64,000 nucleotides of DNA from Takakia lepidozioides (GCA_030704615.1 CM060732.1:44206001-44270000); one strand, 5' to 3'. Positions 50,237 to 64,000 are shown, counted from the stretch's first letter. The notes: generated by a model not told the origin, from the letters alone. Numbers and translations are program-made.

Positions 50237-52362
50237 CGCCAGGAGCCAGAAGAAACAGACGTGTAATGAGCGAGAGGTATGATAGTGGTGTTATGCACTG
50301 TTGAGTGATGTCTACAGCTGGTACAATATTGTATTCCCAGAGAATACATATACCTGTGGAAAACAATCCAGTACAAATAAACTGGACATACTCGTGTGTC
50401 AGTCTCAAGTCTCAACCCAAGCGATGCATAATTCAGAGCCAGGCCGCACAGGACAGGAAATCTGATTGCAGAACTTTAACGTCCGATACCTTCGAATACG
50501 TGAAAATTTCTGAAGATATTCAGGCCAGACAGAAAATGCACAGACTCCGCTGTCTCAGTCCGCCGTAAACGTTAACCGAACAATTGCTCTGTTTCAACAC
50601 CTCCACGGATTCACGTTCCCAGTCCGGTCATTGCCGAAACAAGGTACTGAGGGCGACCGTTGCCTGCGTCATCCGGATTCCGAAGGCACACCCAGAGGGT
50701 GACCCGCCGTTTTGCCTTTCCCATCCCTGTGAACCTGCCACCGTAAGGCTAACTACCCTCGCTCACGATTATTTCTTAACTTCCATTGAGATGTACTTTT
50801 GGTTGGGCTCCGATGTAGTACGCGTTTTGCGCTCTTGGCGAGTGCTACTTAAGGACTTGAATTTTTGTGTCATTGGAAGTTCTCTTCAGTGAAACAATAT
50901 GCAGCCATCGAACAGCTGTGAAGACAAGTGACTATTGGTCTAATGTGAGGCAGATAAATAGCTGGGTTGAGAGATTTTGTCAGAAGTGTTTGTAGTGGTG
51001 TGCAGGCAACATGATGAATGGCTCTCTCTTAGGCTGAGTGGAGGGTAAACTGATCTGTCTACAGGTGCAACTATGAACTTGCAGGTGACCATAGCATACA
51101 AAATGTGAAATCTCTCGACCCAGTGTCAAGCAATTTACATATCAAACTCTTATTCAAATGATGTTTTTGCAGCTCAAGTCTATGCACTTCAAGCCTGAGG
51201 TTTAGAGCGTCGCGTTGACAAAAAATTGCATCTTCTTCTCGAACCAAGTTCATGCATAATGAAATTTGTGTAAGAATGTGGGTCCTAATGCAAGAAGTCA
51301 AGTCACCTCCTGAGATGATGCTTCACAAAGGGCTTCACTTTCCTTCCCCTTGGAAGCCTAGAGTTATCCCTTGCAGTGTTTAGGAATGCTGGTGTCTGTT
51401 GCCACTAACATCAAGTGGCGGGAACTGGACCACACTTTCCGGGTTGTCTTTACCAGCTGTTCATCACGGATTGGGCAGCCCTTCTGAATGCCAAAGAGGA
51501 GCAGCGTTTGATACGAAACTCATGGTGGCACCGTAGGAAGAGTGCATGACTCTGCACACAAGGTTTACACCTTAGATAAAAGCACATGACCTCACCAAGA
51601 CACAAATATGCATCTGGAAATGAACTACCTGATGGCACGGGGGATGGAATACACTGGATCATGCAAATGCATGCCCTGTGCTCATAGCTGTATTGATGCT
51701 ACATTCAATTATAGCCTCCTATTACCCAGTCAGGACAGCTGCTGGCCTGGACCAGTGAAATGGACCCATATCGACACAAAGGCACTAGATGATTGTCGTC
51801 ACACAAAACTCACCAGTGGAAGCTCTCCTAGCCGAACGCCCATCATTGGCAATGCTGATGGATGCTGTAGAGTAGACATGTCCACCTTGGCCCACGGCAA
51901 GCAGGTGTCAGCAGGTCCAGGAAGAGCCTGTGGTAGTCAGATCAGACAATCCACATACAAACAGCTCATGCACACCACACAGGCTGCTGTGAAGCCCAAA
52001 AGCTTGTCTTCCATACTGCGTGTGCGTTTTGTCACCTCCAAGAGTCATGGTGCATGACATGGGCGGACAGGTGAATAGTCTTCAGACACTGTCACACTAC
52101 TCAAAGGTCACAACGGGCCATCATGCATGCACACTTCCACATGTTCAGGATTAGGTGCACCATAGAGGTAGAAATCCCCACAGTGCTTATTAGAATGAGG
52201 CTATGTACAGGGCTCCCTGTCCAACCCCCTGCCCAGATTTAGCTTTGAGTGCCCTGGGTCCATGATAACAGGGAAAACGATGGCCTGCCCTAGGACATGA
52301 GTGTGTCATCCATGCTGACAGCACAGCACAGTCAAGCCCTTGCAAAGGCTCGCCAACACCAT

Positions 52363-55300
52363 TTAACCCCTCGCCTCCCCACCAAGCTCTTGCCTTGCCT
52401 TAGGGCATAGTGGCCGACGTCGTTTCCTACACTTGTAGCACTTGAAGCCCTTCAGACCAGCCATGGTCTCCATGACTTTGACTGCATCTCCATGAAACCA
52501 GTCTGAAGCAATGCACAAGCCATGGTTCAATTGTCGAGGTCTGAGACACAATTCACATTTGCTGTAGATATACATAACCTTCACAACTACTCGATAAACA
52601 AACTGCAAAAGCACAGCAGCACAAGCATGCAAACTAGGAACCCTCCAATAGAAACACTAACAGGAAGATTCTGAACCGTAGCATCTTGGGTGCGTTAGGT
52701 GTGTCTCCACCACCATTTCTTTGCAATCAACCACTAGATTTTTGTCAGGTCCTATTGTGTTGAGATGCTTTCTTTTCCTAATCAAGGGAAAAAAAGGGCA
52801 GGACCCCACTTAGTGAGACCCCAAGTGAATTACTACATTGACTTACATGGGATTAAAAGGAATGCACCCATGACATAAACTGCACATACTAGTCAGGAGG
52901 ATGCAGATAAAATCCATGACTATTATGGCCAAGATTGAGTGAGTGGAATCATCAAGAAGTCACTATCCCCACAGTCCTCACGTCCATACACGATTGTTCG
53001 AAGGAAGATACTGCTGACATAGTAGTAAGGAAACCCTCTGTTTAGACCAGTCTGCATGCCTTTCTAGCTGCTATCACTGACTTGTCAGCTATTCAAAATT
53101 ATTCATGCCAATAAGGAAGAAAAGAGTACTCCCGCAGAACCGGCAGCTGACGTAGAACAGGGCAGGATCATATGCGGCATGGCAAAGGCAGCAGATGGGC
53201 CTACTGCTGCCCTGGAGCCCAACATGCACCACATTCTTGCTATACCTGGACCTCCCCCTGTCTCCCCATGCATGCTTCCTTTTAGCTTTCCTTGGCCGTA
53301 CTTCCTTCTTTTGCTCTTGCCAAGCACCTTCGCTGACACGTTTACGCTTCACATGCTTTCCTTGAAGTACCTGTGCATTCATTTCAGCAACACTCCAGTC
53401 AGACATGACGTTGTCTCCCTGTTTCCAGGAAACCGGAGAATCTTTGTTATCATACAGAGATGTCCCTTGTTTTCCTGGTTCCTCACTAGCCTGCTTAGCC
53501 AGCAGTGATGCCTTGTGCTGCCACTTGCCGTGCCTTGGTTGCTGACACAATTCGCACACCCACACCCCATCCACAACGTGCAGAGATGGCGTTTGACAAA
53601 TATCTGCCACCACAGATTGTTGATGTGTAAGATGTCTTTCACAGTAAACAAACAAATACAGATCATAGCGGCTAAGCACCTGCACTAAAAAAAAGTCGAT
53701 TCTACCTGGAAATGCCTTGGTTCCCAGGCATCTGCGTCAAACATGACAAATAGTACAAGCTTCTCAGAGGTATATGCTGCTGTTGAAAAAAGCTAGTATT
53801 CGGCATTCCCAAAATCCTTGAGAATGTTATTGAAAGAGAATGCACAACTGGGCCACAGTTTGCCCCACATTATAAGGAAGATATATCCTACACAAAAGGA
53901 CCTGATAATACATGCTGGCAATTTGCTCTAATCTAAGGTGGACAACATCACAAAACCGCACAACATCACAGTTGAGCTTCACAATTTGGTCCAAACCGCC
54001 ACTCACCAACATAGCAACACAACACCCTGGTAGATACAAGATGTACACCATATTTACATGCATATCTCACCTTGGCATCGTTGGCATCGCCTGTACACCC
54101 GCCAAATGAGCAAAAGGTCGTCAGTGCAAGGTAAACAAACATATATACTCTTTCCTCACAATTTGTTGAGCTACTCCAGGTACATCTCAAGACTTGACAT
54201 GATATATCTGTATCTAGTTGTCCTAGCAAATTCAGGATGTGCCCAAAGTTATCATAGAGCCTAGGAGCAGACAGCCTAAGGAGCAAGTTCAGAGAGGTAC
54301 ATAGCACATCTAGGCTGCAAACCATCAACCCTAGCGACACCAACACCAAATGCGAACCAAAGCCTTTACTTCTAAGTGTGGCACGTGAGGATAGGTAGGA
54401 AGCCTCAGTGGTTGGCTAGATCAGGGCTTACACCATGCCATCCTGAGACATCATTATTACTCCCTACCTTGTTTTGGGTCTAGGATTTTCTCAGGCATTT
54501 GAACAATCTGCCATGTCCCTAAACAGAGCAACAACCGTCCCAAAAATGAAGGCAGCACCAAGGGACCACTAGCTATGAAGAATTAATAGCCCAACACTTA
54601 GCAGTAGTCAAGTTTAAGCTCTCATTTAAGACACTTCTTGTAAGCAGAGTAACTTCAGTTAAACATACATAATTCATGTATTAGACAGAGACAACAGTAA
54701 AGGATAAAATCTCAGAAGAAATCAAAGCAAATGATGATGTTACCTACTTCACAAGTTTTTGGGTGGATTTGAATCACTACAAACAGAAGCTCAATGAGAA
54801 GATGCCCAGGGAAGAGCATGATCACTAAGAAACCTCTATCAACCTAGAGGACAGAGCACTCCCTTGGAAAATCATTTCAACTTCAGTCTGTGATCATACC
54901 ACATGCAGACTTACTCTATCCAGATTCGTTTCTTGCATGTCTCCTGGATTTCTATTGTGCCAAACATCTGCTCGTCCTCATCCAGGTGTTCTATTTGGGA
55001 GCTGACCCCTCAGACCACCTTCTTGGCATAAAACTATGTTACATTGTAACCCACTTATCTACCCTATAATAGGGTCCAGAATGATGCACATTGATTTTAC
55101 ATGAAATGTATCCATGCATCTCTACTTGCACTGCCAACCAAAAAACATTGAAGAGGCAATAGATAAGACTGCTGATTGTATCATTTACAGGCTAGTGGAT
55201 GATTGAGTTTAATGCTGAGAGACAGCATTGTCACATTAGTATGACCCAGACGAGCCAGGATTAGGTGACACAACATGAAGGGCTTCCTCATAATTTTGAG

Positions 55301-58300
55301 GATGTTCCCCACTTGTAAAGATGGGATATCAGGGATGCTATATAGTGTCTTACAAAAGATAGGTATAGTTTTGAAAACTCTGGCGCTGACCAGTTGTGCA
55401 CAGCCTTGAAAAGACACTGCTGGCACCAGAGCACCTGAATCTATAGCAAGGCGATCAAACCTCATACCCTGTGGAGATAGTGCTTGTATTTTGTTGTATT
55501 TTCAGTTATGAAGACAGACTCAGATGGCAGATGCATTCACTTGCCTTCATATCAGGTGCTCAAATTGTTTCACAAAGTAAATACTAGACTGTGGGCATCA
55601 TTATGTATATTCTTATATACCTTAATGGAGGTAACTAGTGCTCAGAGGAGAAACTCACCCGTCTGAAACAACTTGTGGCTTTTCCTCTAGAAGCTCCTCC
55701 AAAACCGTGTTGAGTGTTTTCCTTTTCAAGGGAATGTGTATGGTGTCCTTGCATGCCACCTGGGACAGCTTACTCTTAGTCATACTTCGAAGCTTCCCCT
55801 CAAAGTGTTTTACTTGAGGGAGAGGCACCTGCTGCTCCGTCTTCCATACCTGCTTACGCACCCTGGACTTGCTGCGGCAGCCTACAGAAGGTTGCTTCTG
55901 AGCCCCAATATCCTCATCAGATAACTCCACCAAGTACTTCACTACACCTTCAACTGTGCATTTGGCATGAATACTAGCTCTTTCCCTTGCTCCCTGGTCT
56001 GCCAGAAGCTGACTCCATTTGATGTGTGCATCCAAATAGCGCACCTACGACAATCAACTATTCAGTGAATGAAGCTAAAAAAGTAGCAGCAAGCACATCA
56101 GATCCCTTTCAAAGCAGATTAGAGGTTAAGCAGGCTCCACAGGAAAGCTGTGACAGACCTGTAGACCAAGCTGGGCAACACTGGATGATGACTCCACCTG
56201 TGCACGCCATGCACATTGCTTGTTCCTTCGTGGTACAGCAGCTGTGTCATTGTAAAGAAGGCCTGCAATTAATCTCAACCCCCCTGTCACCCCCCATCTT
56301 TCTATTAAACTCTGCACCGCTTTCTTGTTTTATAACTAGTAGCATGCTGTGACCCACTATGGAGCTATTTACCTTGCAGAGCACTAAAAAGGTGGTCTTC
56401 TACACAAGTGGAAGCATGAAAATTACTTGCTGTGCACACTAACATGAATAGCCAAGTGTGAGAAATGACCTCTTACATTTAAAAAATGAAGGAGCAAACC
56501 TTGACGGCCAGCAAGCTTGGCAGTTGCTTGAGGAAGTGCTTCCCAGTTGCAAAGCTGGCGAGCTAGGTGTCCACCTCGCCACCACTGTACCCCACATGGG
56601 ACTGCTGCCATGCTCTCGTCCCTGGTGGGAGGTAGTTGTCTTACTAGCATGTTTGCTGGACATAAAACTGGACCATCATCCGCATCCTTCACCCAGTCAG
56701 ATGATATGGCGATACCACGCAGACTAGCCTCCAGCTGCACCCACAACTTCCACTGGTCACTTCTCACATACAATTCGAAACATGGTTTTCTGACAACATG
56801 CAATTGTAATTGCTCCTTGACTCATCTTAACCTTAACAAGGATCCATCAGCAACCATGAGTGCAGGTCAGCAATTGCCTTCACAGGCTGTTAGCTACATA
56901 ACTAATTCTCCTCATGACAGCAAGCATCTATTAAAAATATATTCAACTCCCCTGAATTGAGCTCCAACTACTGAAGCAACCAGGCAGCAACCACATTCCA
57001 ATATTCATCCATAATGCTTCACTTTGGCGGCCACCAAAAAAACACATAAGAACATGGACAAACGAAAAGGTTTGCAATCGAACAACTGGATGCGGAGCAC
57101 CTGCAGCAATGCCAGCTTCACAGCACTGATAGAACAATCATGCTCCAGGCATGAGCGCCAGCCCCAGCGCTGGCCCACAACCTCCCATGGTCCACCCACC
57201 AACAGTGGATGCAGAGTGGCCTCCAAGTGCAGCAAATATGCTGCCACCTTGGCCAGGTGGTGTGGCCCCTTCTGCACAAAAGTCAGCCTCAGGCCCTCCA
57301 CTGGGCATTCCATCTGTTCTTCAGCCTGCAGCAGGAGGCAGCCACATGGATTCTTGGATAGGCACAACACACACCACCCACATGCCTCATTGGATCTCTT
57401 CATAAAGCTGGGCCAGGTGAAGCTTGGCACTGTCTGTGCAAACGCTCTCACTTGTTCATCAGCGCTTGTTTTTCGGATCTGCTTGCAACGGGCTACACTC
57501 CCTGGATCCCCACATACCTGCCAAGCTGCAAGGATGGCAGCTGCTGATGCAACTGCATCAGCAAGAGCATAGTGATTTACATATGGACATGTAGCTTGCG
57601 GTGCATTTTCTTGCCCCTGAATACTGTCACAACTTCCACGTGTAACCCGTTGCAGTAATTGTTGCCCAGAAGACTGCTGCACTCGAGGATAATTGCCTTT
57701 GTGTGCCTCCATTTTCTTAAACCCATTACTCAAGTGCATTCCTCTAGGACTGGAGGAAGAAGACCCTTTAGACACAGTTCTCCCATCTGAAAGACAAATC
57801 TGGGAGGAAGAACTTGGAACACCCTGCCAATGCTGTTTTATGGCATGGTACAGCACATCATAGGCAGGCCCACACCCTTGCAAGTAGTTCAACACCTCGG
57901 TTAAGTCAGCCATGCCATAATACCAGTGCTGTGGTGTTCTGCTTGCAAACGCCTCTGATCTGCAAAGATCTTCCAGTCAGAAAGGTTCCTAACCAGTTTG
58001 GGGTGAAAATCGAAGTGGGCTAAATTTCTTTGTTTGACGTGAACTTTGTCCTGATTGCCAAAGTGATACAGCAATAGTCAGCTCACTAGTTGTTGATTTT
58101 CAGTGTATGGTTATAACTGGGATGTGCATCCAGAAAATATATACCAAAATCAGAGCCTAGTAAAATCTCCAGCCATATTTAGAGGTAACCAAAGATAAAA
58201 TGAGAGAGCCACAACAAAGGTAAGGAAGAGCTCTCAAACATTCAAACATAAGAACCAGGACAAAACATCAAGGAAAACCACATGGAAGTGGAAACAATAA

Positions 58301-60880
58301 AAAGAGGAATGAAACCATGAAGTCTCATCACTTGGAGAGTTAATCCAAGAGGACAAGACAAATGAACTATATTTGTATATAACAGTGACCAGCTGTTAGA
58401 GCGCCCAACTGGCTTTATCAGTTCCCAACAGAGGGTGCAGGTGGACTCAGTTTCTGTGTCAACTCAGCCAAGAGATAGTCTAAAAATCCAAAACACGAGA
58501 CTGAAAAACCCAGAAAAGGACAAAGTGAGACAGAAAAAGACATAACCTTCCAACCGAAGGTGGGCTGGATTCTATACACCCTGAAAGAAAAACTGAAAAG
58601 ACCAGGAACCAGAGGGGGAAATTGATTCGAATTTAGGATCAAATACTCTTTATACAAGAAAGGATGCTAGGTATATGCGAGGAGAAAAAGACATACAGAA
58701 ATGTGTAACTTCCTCAAAAAGCCAAAGAACTTATGACAGATGCACAGAGCAGTGGGATGGGCAAGGGACCTACACTAAGAGGTAGCCGCATGTTGCAAGG
58801 AAGAAGCGCCCATGAGGACCCACACCCAGTAGTTGTGCTCCTTGTAACTGCTTGGATGGTGAATCACCTGTGGTATTGTGGCAACATTCAGGACAGAACC
58901 AGTTCCCTGAAGGGAGAGAGGCCTTAGCCACACCAACGCACCGGGAGTGGAAGGCAGCAGGGCAAGCATCACAGCAGATCAGATTACCATCCATGCCACA
59001 CAAAGCACACTCATTGATGTTGCCATCCCCATCATCTGTGCTAGAAGTGTGTAACCCCCCACTCCGGTGTCGGCTCTGCCTGCTTCTCAGCAATCTCTCA
59101 CTTGCGTTCCTTTGCATCAGTATCTCCTGGCCCTCATTATCCTCATGTTGCCTCCACTGGCAGTCTTGCTTCACAAACTTATGCTGAAGAGGGTCGTAGA
59201 GAGGTAGGTGGGCAGACATAATACGCAGGCTAAGCTCAGTGCGACTCTCATCAGTCTGCAACACATGGTCGCATAGGAAGCTAAGGATTGCCAGCTTCTC
59301 ACTCACCTGTACAACTGTCTGGTACTCGCCTTTCGCCAATCCTGCTTGCACCAGGCTGTACCCCCGCAGTCTGCTATACCCCTGATTTCTCAGGAATGCC
59401 ACCAAGAAAACTGGCCAAGTCACCGAGTCTAGCAAATTCCAATTGAGATGCCTGTACAGAGTCGAAGTGAAAGAAAGAACCAAGTAAGTCATTGTTCTGG
59501 TATCTAACATTTGAAAACCCCGGCTCAACGGGAGAGGAGTAGACAAAAAGGAATGTCTTGTCATATACCCACGACCTATGGCCAATCACCCCTATGAAGC
59601 TGCCATAGCTGTCAAAAACCCGAAGTCAGTCTCATCTGACAGGAGTACTCAGAAAGAAGAAAGGAAGGATCTTTGTAACGTCCAGAGAAAGGTAGAGAAT
59701 TTAAATGAAATGGAATGACACTTTATAACCTCCGCAGAAAGCTGAAAGAGTTTATGGGACAAGAGAAAGCAAGAAACAAGAAAGAGAGAGGAGCCCCCCA
59801 CAAGCAGCCCAAAAAGAACCAGTGTTCAAGGGATTGTGTAAGAGTCAACGCCTCATGCAGATAGGCTGCTAAGCATTTCTGATCCTCATAAGGAAGATGT
59901 CTGTGAGGGATTGGGTATCTCAGAATAGACAAAAGAATCTCCCACGGATCTCATAGTAGAGAAATGAAATGAAATGGTGCTTTATAACGTCCGCGGAAAG
60001 CTCATAGAGCTTATGGGACAAAATGGAAAGAAAAACATGAGAGAAAACAGGAAACCAGAGTCAGAGAAAAGAACTATTGGTTGAGTGATTGTCTAAGGGT
60101 GAATGCCTCGTGCAGGTAGGCTGCCAAGCATTTCTGATCTTCATAGTGAAAGACTTCAGTGAGAGATTGGGTTCCACGGAATAGACAATGGAATCTCCCA
60201 CGGATCTCATAGTATAGAGGGCAATAGAAGAAGTGTTCTGCAGTTTCAATTTCCTGGTGGCGCCCTGTGCAAGCTGGACAGAGGTAGAGAAAGAGTTTAT
60301 AACGTTCACAAGGGGCCGGGGAGAGAGAGAGAGAGAGAGAGAGAACTGCAGAATGCTGGCTTGCAAAAGCCCAGTCACAAGGCATGCAGAACACATTAGT
60401 TATTGTGTGGCAGTGAAATTAATATGAACACAATGAAACTACTCAAGCCCACCACTTGTAAAGGTACCACACCATAGCAGTATAGTACAGTATAGTACAG
60501 ACTCAAGGGAAGCCACATTGTACCACAGAAGAAAAGGGGAGGAAGGATGGCAGAGGTGTTGGAGCTGGCGCCACAAAGCTTGCAGCAAACTCATGTGCAC
60601 ACAATCCATAAGCACATTTCCTTGCTCGACCGCTTCTGCAAACTCCTCGATAGCGAATGGGCTTAAAAACAGCATTCCGCTGAAACATCTTAAGAAACTG
60701 TAAACGGACAAAAAGTCAGCCACAGATTCAAGTGGAACATTCAGGTCTGATGAGGAGGGAGGCAACGGCTGCAAAGCACAATCATCTACAACCTGACATT
60801 TTGTTCCACCCATATCCGTCCTGACCATCATACACCAATCTCCTCCAACAGTCTTTCCTGCAAGATGCTCATCACTGCCA
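52363..60880 (-). CDS. DDT-WHIM-PHD chromatin protein (PTM/DDP-like)
   Basis: DDT domain (FLSVYSFLRCFSGMLFLSPFAIEEF), LDSVTWPVFL, WHIM1 (EKLAILSFLCDHVL), PHD finger (ECALCGMDGNLICCDACPAAFHSRC...WFCPEC), WWRGG...LAGRQG, and a C-terminal PHD (ICCLCHAAY...DWFHGDA...FKCYKCR). Start and end are approximate. Confidence 0.85.
59680..60310 (-). mobile_element. Tandem RTE-like LINE 3' fragments in an intron of the DDT-PHD gene
   Basis: ETAEHFFYCPLYYEIRGRFHCLF...YEDQKCLAAYLHEA occurs twice (60074-60260, 59820-59960), each followed by the same 3' UTR and (CATTT)n tail. Confidence 0.7.
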
Positions 60881-62026
60881 CTTTTGAGCCGTTTGGAGCA
60901 TCATCGCGAAGGTGAATGCATCACCTACCGCCCGGTTGTCTATAAACCTGTCAGCTGAGGTCTATGAGGAAAACACTCGAGGTTTCTTCCAGGCTCTCCA
61001 TCTTTTCTCATCCTTAATTTCTGTGTCAAGAAAACTCCGTAGAGGTGAAAAAACGAACCATGGCTCTTCTTCCCTGCTCCATGTACGTGAATCCCCCTCT
61101 GCATCCTGTTGCCCACTTAGGTCGTCCATTCTAAACAGGAAAGAGAATGAAGACAATGTTGAGATTTCACGCTGCCACATCAACCTAAATTCCAGCTACC
61201 CATCGCCCTGTTTTTGCGTTCTCCCAACGAACAATGCTCTTGACGGAGGCAGGGATCCCTAGAGAGAAGGAAATGGAGCGGCGCGCGCAGTTACGAAACA
61301 GACAGGGAGGGAGAGTTTGAATTCTGAAGCTTCCACCACACATCCCACTTGTTATTTTGAAACCCTGTTAGGACACACACTTATCTGGGATCCTGGGTTC
61401 AAATTCAGTATGGTCGGGTTCTCACTTCCAACCACAACTCTCGATGTCCTCAAGGGGATCGATCTTATATCACATTCACAGGGTGACCCAAGTGCTGCCC
61501 TCATCACCCCCTCGCAGGTTTCTCATGGTGCCTTCCTTCCTTTGAGAGAGTCGGATTTGTCGTCTGATTGTAAAGTTGGTGGTTTGTCTTCGATTCATGG
61601 TGCCACTATCACTTCGCTTTGGAAGTTTTATGAACAGGTTGTTACGTTTCGTTCATTCCTCTTGGTGGATCTGCAGGTGGGGGAGCTGGCTTGCAACCCA
61701 GTGCAATGAGGCTGTTGTGAGAGCTCCAAAATTCACGAGTGGTGCGGTGCACCTGTACACTAGCTGAGAAAGGGAGTTAAGTCGAGGGGAGATGAGGGAG
61801 ACAGAAGTCTCAAGCTTCACAAAACCCTGCAAGGCATGATTCTCCAATGAGCCTTCATACGATCGAGAAAGTATGATGGGTTTTGTGTGAGCGCCTCAGC
61901 AGACGCGGGCATGGCGATTCGCCCCCTCATCGCTCGTGGCCTTAAGAGAAGTTGGGGTCCCTTGGCTGATTGTCCTTCATCAATTTCTGTCGGGTTTTCT
62001 CTCACCTACCCTCTCTCACGGCTACG

Positions 62027-62630
62027 ATGGAGCGTCTCGGAAGGCTGCTAGCAAGAGGTGAGAGTGGCTATGGCAGTCCGAGGATTTGTTGCATTGTCAC
62101 AGACTTTACACAGCCAGCTCGGGTCTTTAGCACGGGGGTGGCAGCTCAAGGAAATTTGGATGGGGAGACAATCTCTGAAGGTAAAAAGGCCCCAGAAGAG
62201 AACAGGAGCATTAAAACACCCTGGGTGTTGAAGCTGAATCCACTCACACGGCAACTGGCCGACAAAGTGGGCTCTCTGGTGACTACTCAGTACACTTCAG
62301 ACGTCTTTGAAAGGAACGTGATTCCGAAGGCTTTCGCTGTTGTTCAGGTTCGCTCTCACTCCATACTTATTCGCCATGTTATGTGATGGTGTATCTCCTC
62401 GGGGAGGGGGGTGGGAAGAGAAAGAGAGAGTGAGAAGGAGACGATTGTAGTCACCCGAAAACTGGGAGGTTGCCGGCCTTCCCCGCAATGCATGATGATA
62501 TTTCGCTATCCGCTTTCTTTCATGATTTTCGTCTTCCTGTGTTCCGTTGCTGCATATCTCTCGGATGGAAGCATCTCAGCATGGGCAAATGGGAGGCATT
62601 CAGCTTGCTGCGAGTGCAGATTTAAGGTGT
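62027..62630 (+). CDS. 5' exons of a probable mitochondrion-targeted protein, possibly the N-terminus of the downstream maturase
   Basis: MERLGRLLAR(G) followed by a GTGAG donor. The next exon DFTQPARVFSTGVAAQ...KAFAVVQ ends at a GT donor. Composition is presequence-like. Linkage to the maturase exon is unproven. Confidence 0.4.
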
Positions 62631-63349
62631 CTAGAGTTGGCATGGACATTTGGAGGTGGGCTTAAAGGTTATGGACTAAGGCCCCAATGTTGAACTTCCC
62701 ATAATTTGAACATCCTCATTTTGCTGTTCAGAATTCTTCGGGAAGGAACTGTGCTACAATTGTTCTATCCTCCCTTAAGGTGCACATGTTGGTGAAGTCA
62801 ACCTTGACATGTGTTCCATCTGTCACTTGTCACAAGGCACATGCTTTTGTTGTGGGTATTTTGCAGAAGTGGATTTAGTTCTCTATGTGGGACTGATTTG
62901 GGGCATCTGAAAATTCTCTGGGTGTACGATGCAGTGATGGCAATAGCATAGGAAGTGGGTTTTGACTGGGTGCAACACTTTTGTTGTCCTTTTGAAGAAT
63001 ACATTCTGACCACAGCTAACCAAATGGTCGTGAGTGCAGAAAGAGATTTGCTGCAGAATACTTATTTTAGTTGGGGTACTTAAAAACTGGTGACTGGTAT
63101 TGGGTGAGCCATGGTTGTAGCCAGATTATCTTGGCTCAACCAAAAAAGAAACTATTTACAGCTCTAGTAGAAGACTGCAAAAAATGGGACTGCAAAAGGA
63201 CAGACAGTGAATGTTGGTGTGAACTCTCTATGCAATCTGTTAGATCTTAAAAATGCTTCTCCTCCTTCTGTGGGGTGTCATGTGAGCATGTTTTTCTCGG
63301 TACATATAGAGGGTTTCTTTATTAGTGGAGAGGGTTTTGTATTCAGTTT

Positions 63350-64000
63350 ATGGATACCGGCTGTCTAACAGGGGCACCTTGCATGCAGGACGATGGAAAC
63401 AGATGTGAAGCAGCCCTGGCAGAAGATGCTGAGCCACAACCAGACCCAGATGGGCACTGGAGCAGCTCCTTTGAGGCTCAGTCAATTGATCATGCAAAGT
63501 GCCTACATGCGCGAGTACTTGCCTTCCGCAGAATGAGTACTTGTACTATGTGGGATAGAGAAGGGGAACCCTGCATTGAAAAGCACACGGACTCCCTGCC
63601 CATGGAGGAGTCAGCCAATCTACAAACCAATAAAAATCCAGAGGGAACTCTTGATGGGGATCATAAACTGTTTGTGAGGCGAGGCTCCAATTTGTGTCCT
63701 CCCACTAGAACACATAAGGATGACCTTGGTGGTTTAGAGATGGATAGAAGTGAGGCTGGATTTGAGGCTGCGGTATGTCAAACAGGGAATATGCACCCGG
63801 ACGATGATGGAAAATATCGGAAGATTATGGAGGTAGTTGCTGACCCTTATGTGCTCATAGCAGCATATGAAAGAATAAAATCAGATATTGGGAAGACAGG
63901 CATACATGGAAATTGGTTTGAGAGTACGGCTGAACAGTTGCTCGCAGGAACATATTCATTCAAATCCCTGAGGAATGACAGCATCCCGAAACCAGGAGAA
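63350..64000 (+). CDS. Nuclear-encoded group II intron maturase/RT (RT0 region), truncated by the window edge
   Basis: Frame is open from 63326 to the window end. It encodes DGKYRKIMEVVADPYVLIAAYERIKSDIGKTGIHGNWFESTAEQLLAGTYSFKSLRNDSIPKPGE, matching the RT0-RT1 pattern (IADP..L..AY..IKS...GI...WF...L..G.Y.F...R...IPKPG) of mitochondrial intron ORFs. It is absent from the ORF track because there is no stop in the window. Confidence 0.8.
   Translation, partial: MDTGCLTGAPCMQDDGNRCEAALAEDAEPQPDPDGHWSSSFEAQSIDHAKCLHARVLAFRRMSTCTMWDREGEPCIEKHTDSLPMEESANLQTNKNPEGTLDGDHKLFVRRGSNLCPPTRTHKDDLGGLEMDRSEAGFEAAVCQTGNMHPDDDGKYRKIMEVVADPYVLIAAYERIKSDIGKTGIHGNWFESTAEQLLAGTYSFKSLRNDSIPKPGE

Noticed and set aside
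58394-58655. Solo LTR (TG...CA ends)
   Set aside because: No target-site duplication and no second copy in the window.
39350-59200. Numerous short plus-strand ORFs opposite the ABC1K, M1AP-like and DDT-PHD genes
   Set aside because: They are antisense shadows of real exons or intron noise with no recognisable motifs.

Overview
Nuclear DNA from a land plant, most likely a seed-free lineage (inferred from the spliceosomal genes, a PPR-DYW editing-factor remnant and the transposon types). The first ~30 kb is nested, decayed transposons. These include an L1-like LINE 3' end and two remnants of a Dualen/RandI-like LINE. The first remnant (2.6-6.7 kb) carries chromodomain-like, PCIF1-like methyltransferase, RNase H, CCHC and restriction-like endonuclease segments. 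The second (19-27 kb) has a 2A/StopGo-like motif that appears only after removing a complete hAT element and a Tourist-like MITE; the hAT itself contains a MULE-like element. Also present are a ~10 kb region with long inverted repetitive arms around a palindrome array, several MITEs and PPR debris. The remaining ~34 kb is gene-rich: an intact GDP-mannose pyrophosphorylase (CYT1/VTC1, 361 aa), a disrupted gene fusing three OSB-type PDF ssDNA-binding motifs to a PLS-PPR-E-DYW deaminase, an ABC1 kinase (At5g05200/ABC1K9-like), a conserved uncharacterised plant gene resembling M1AP, a DDT-PHD (PTM-like) chromatin gene, and the start of a nuclear-encoded group II intron maturase that runs off the right edge. 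All homology calls are from motif recognition by eye; no searches were run.
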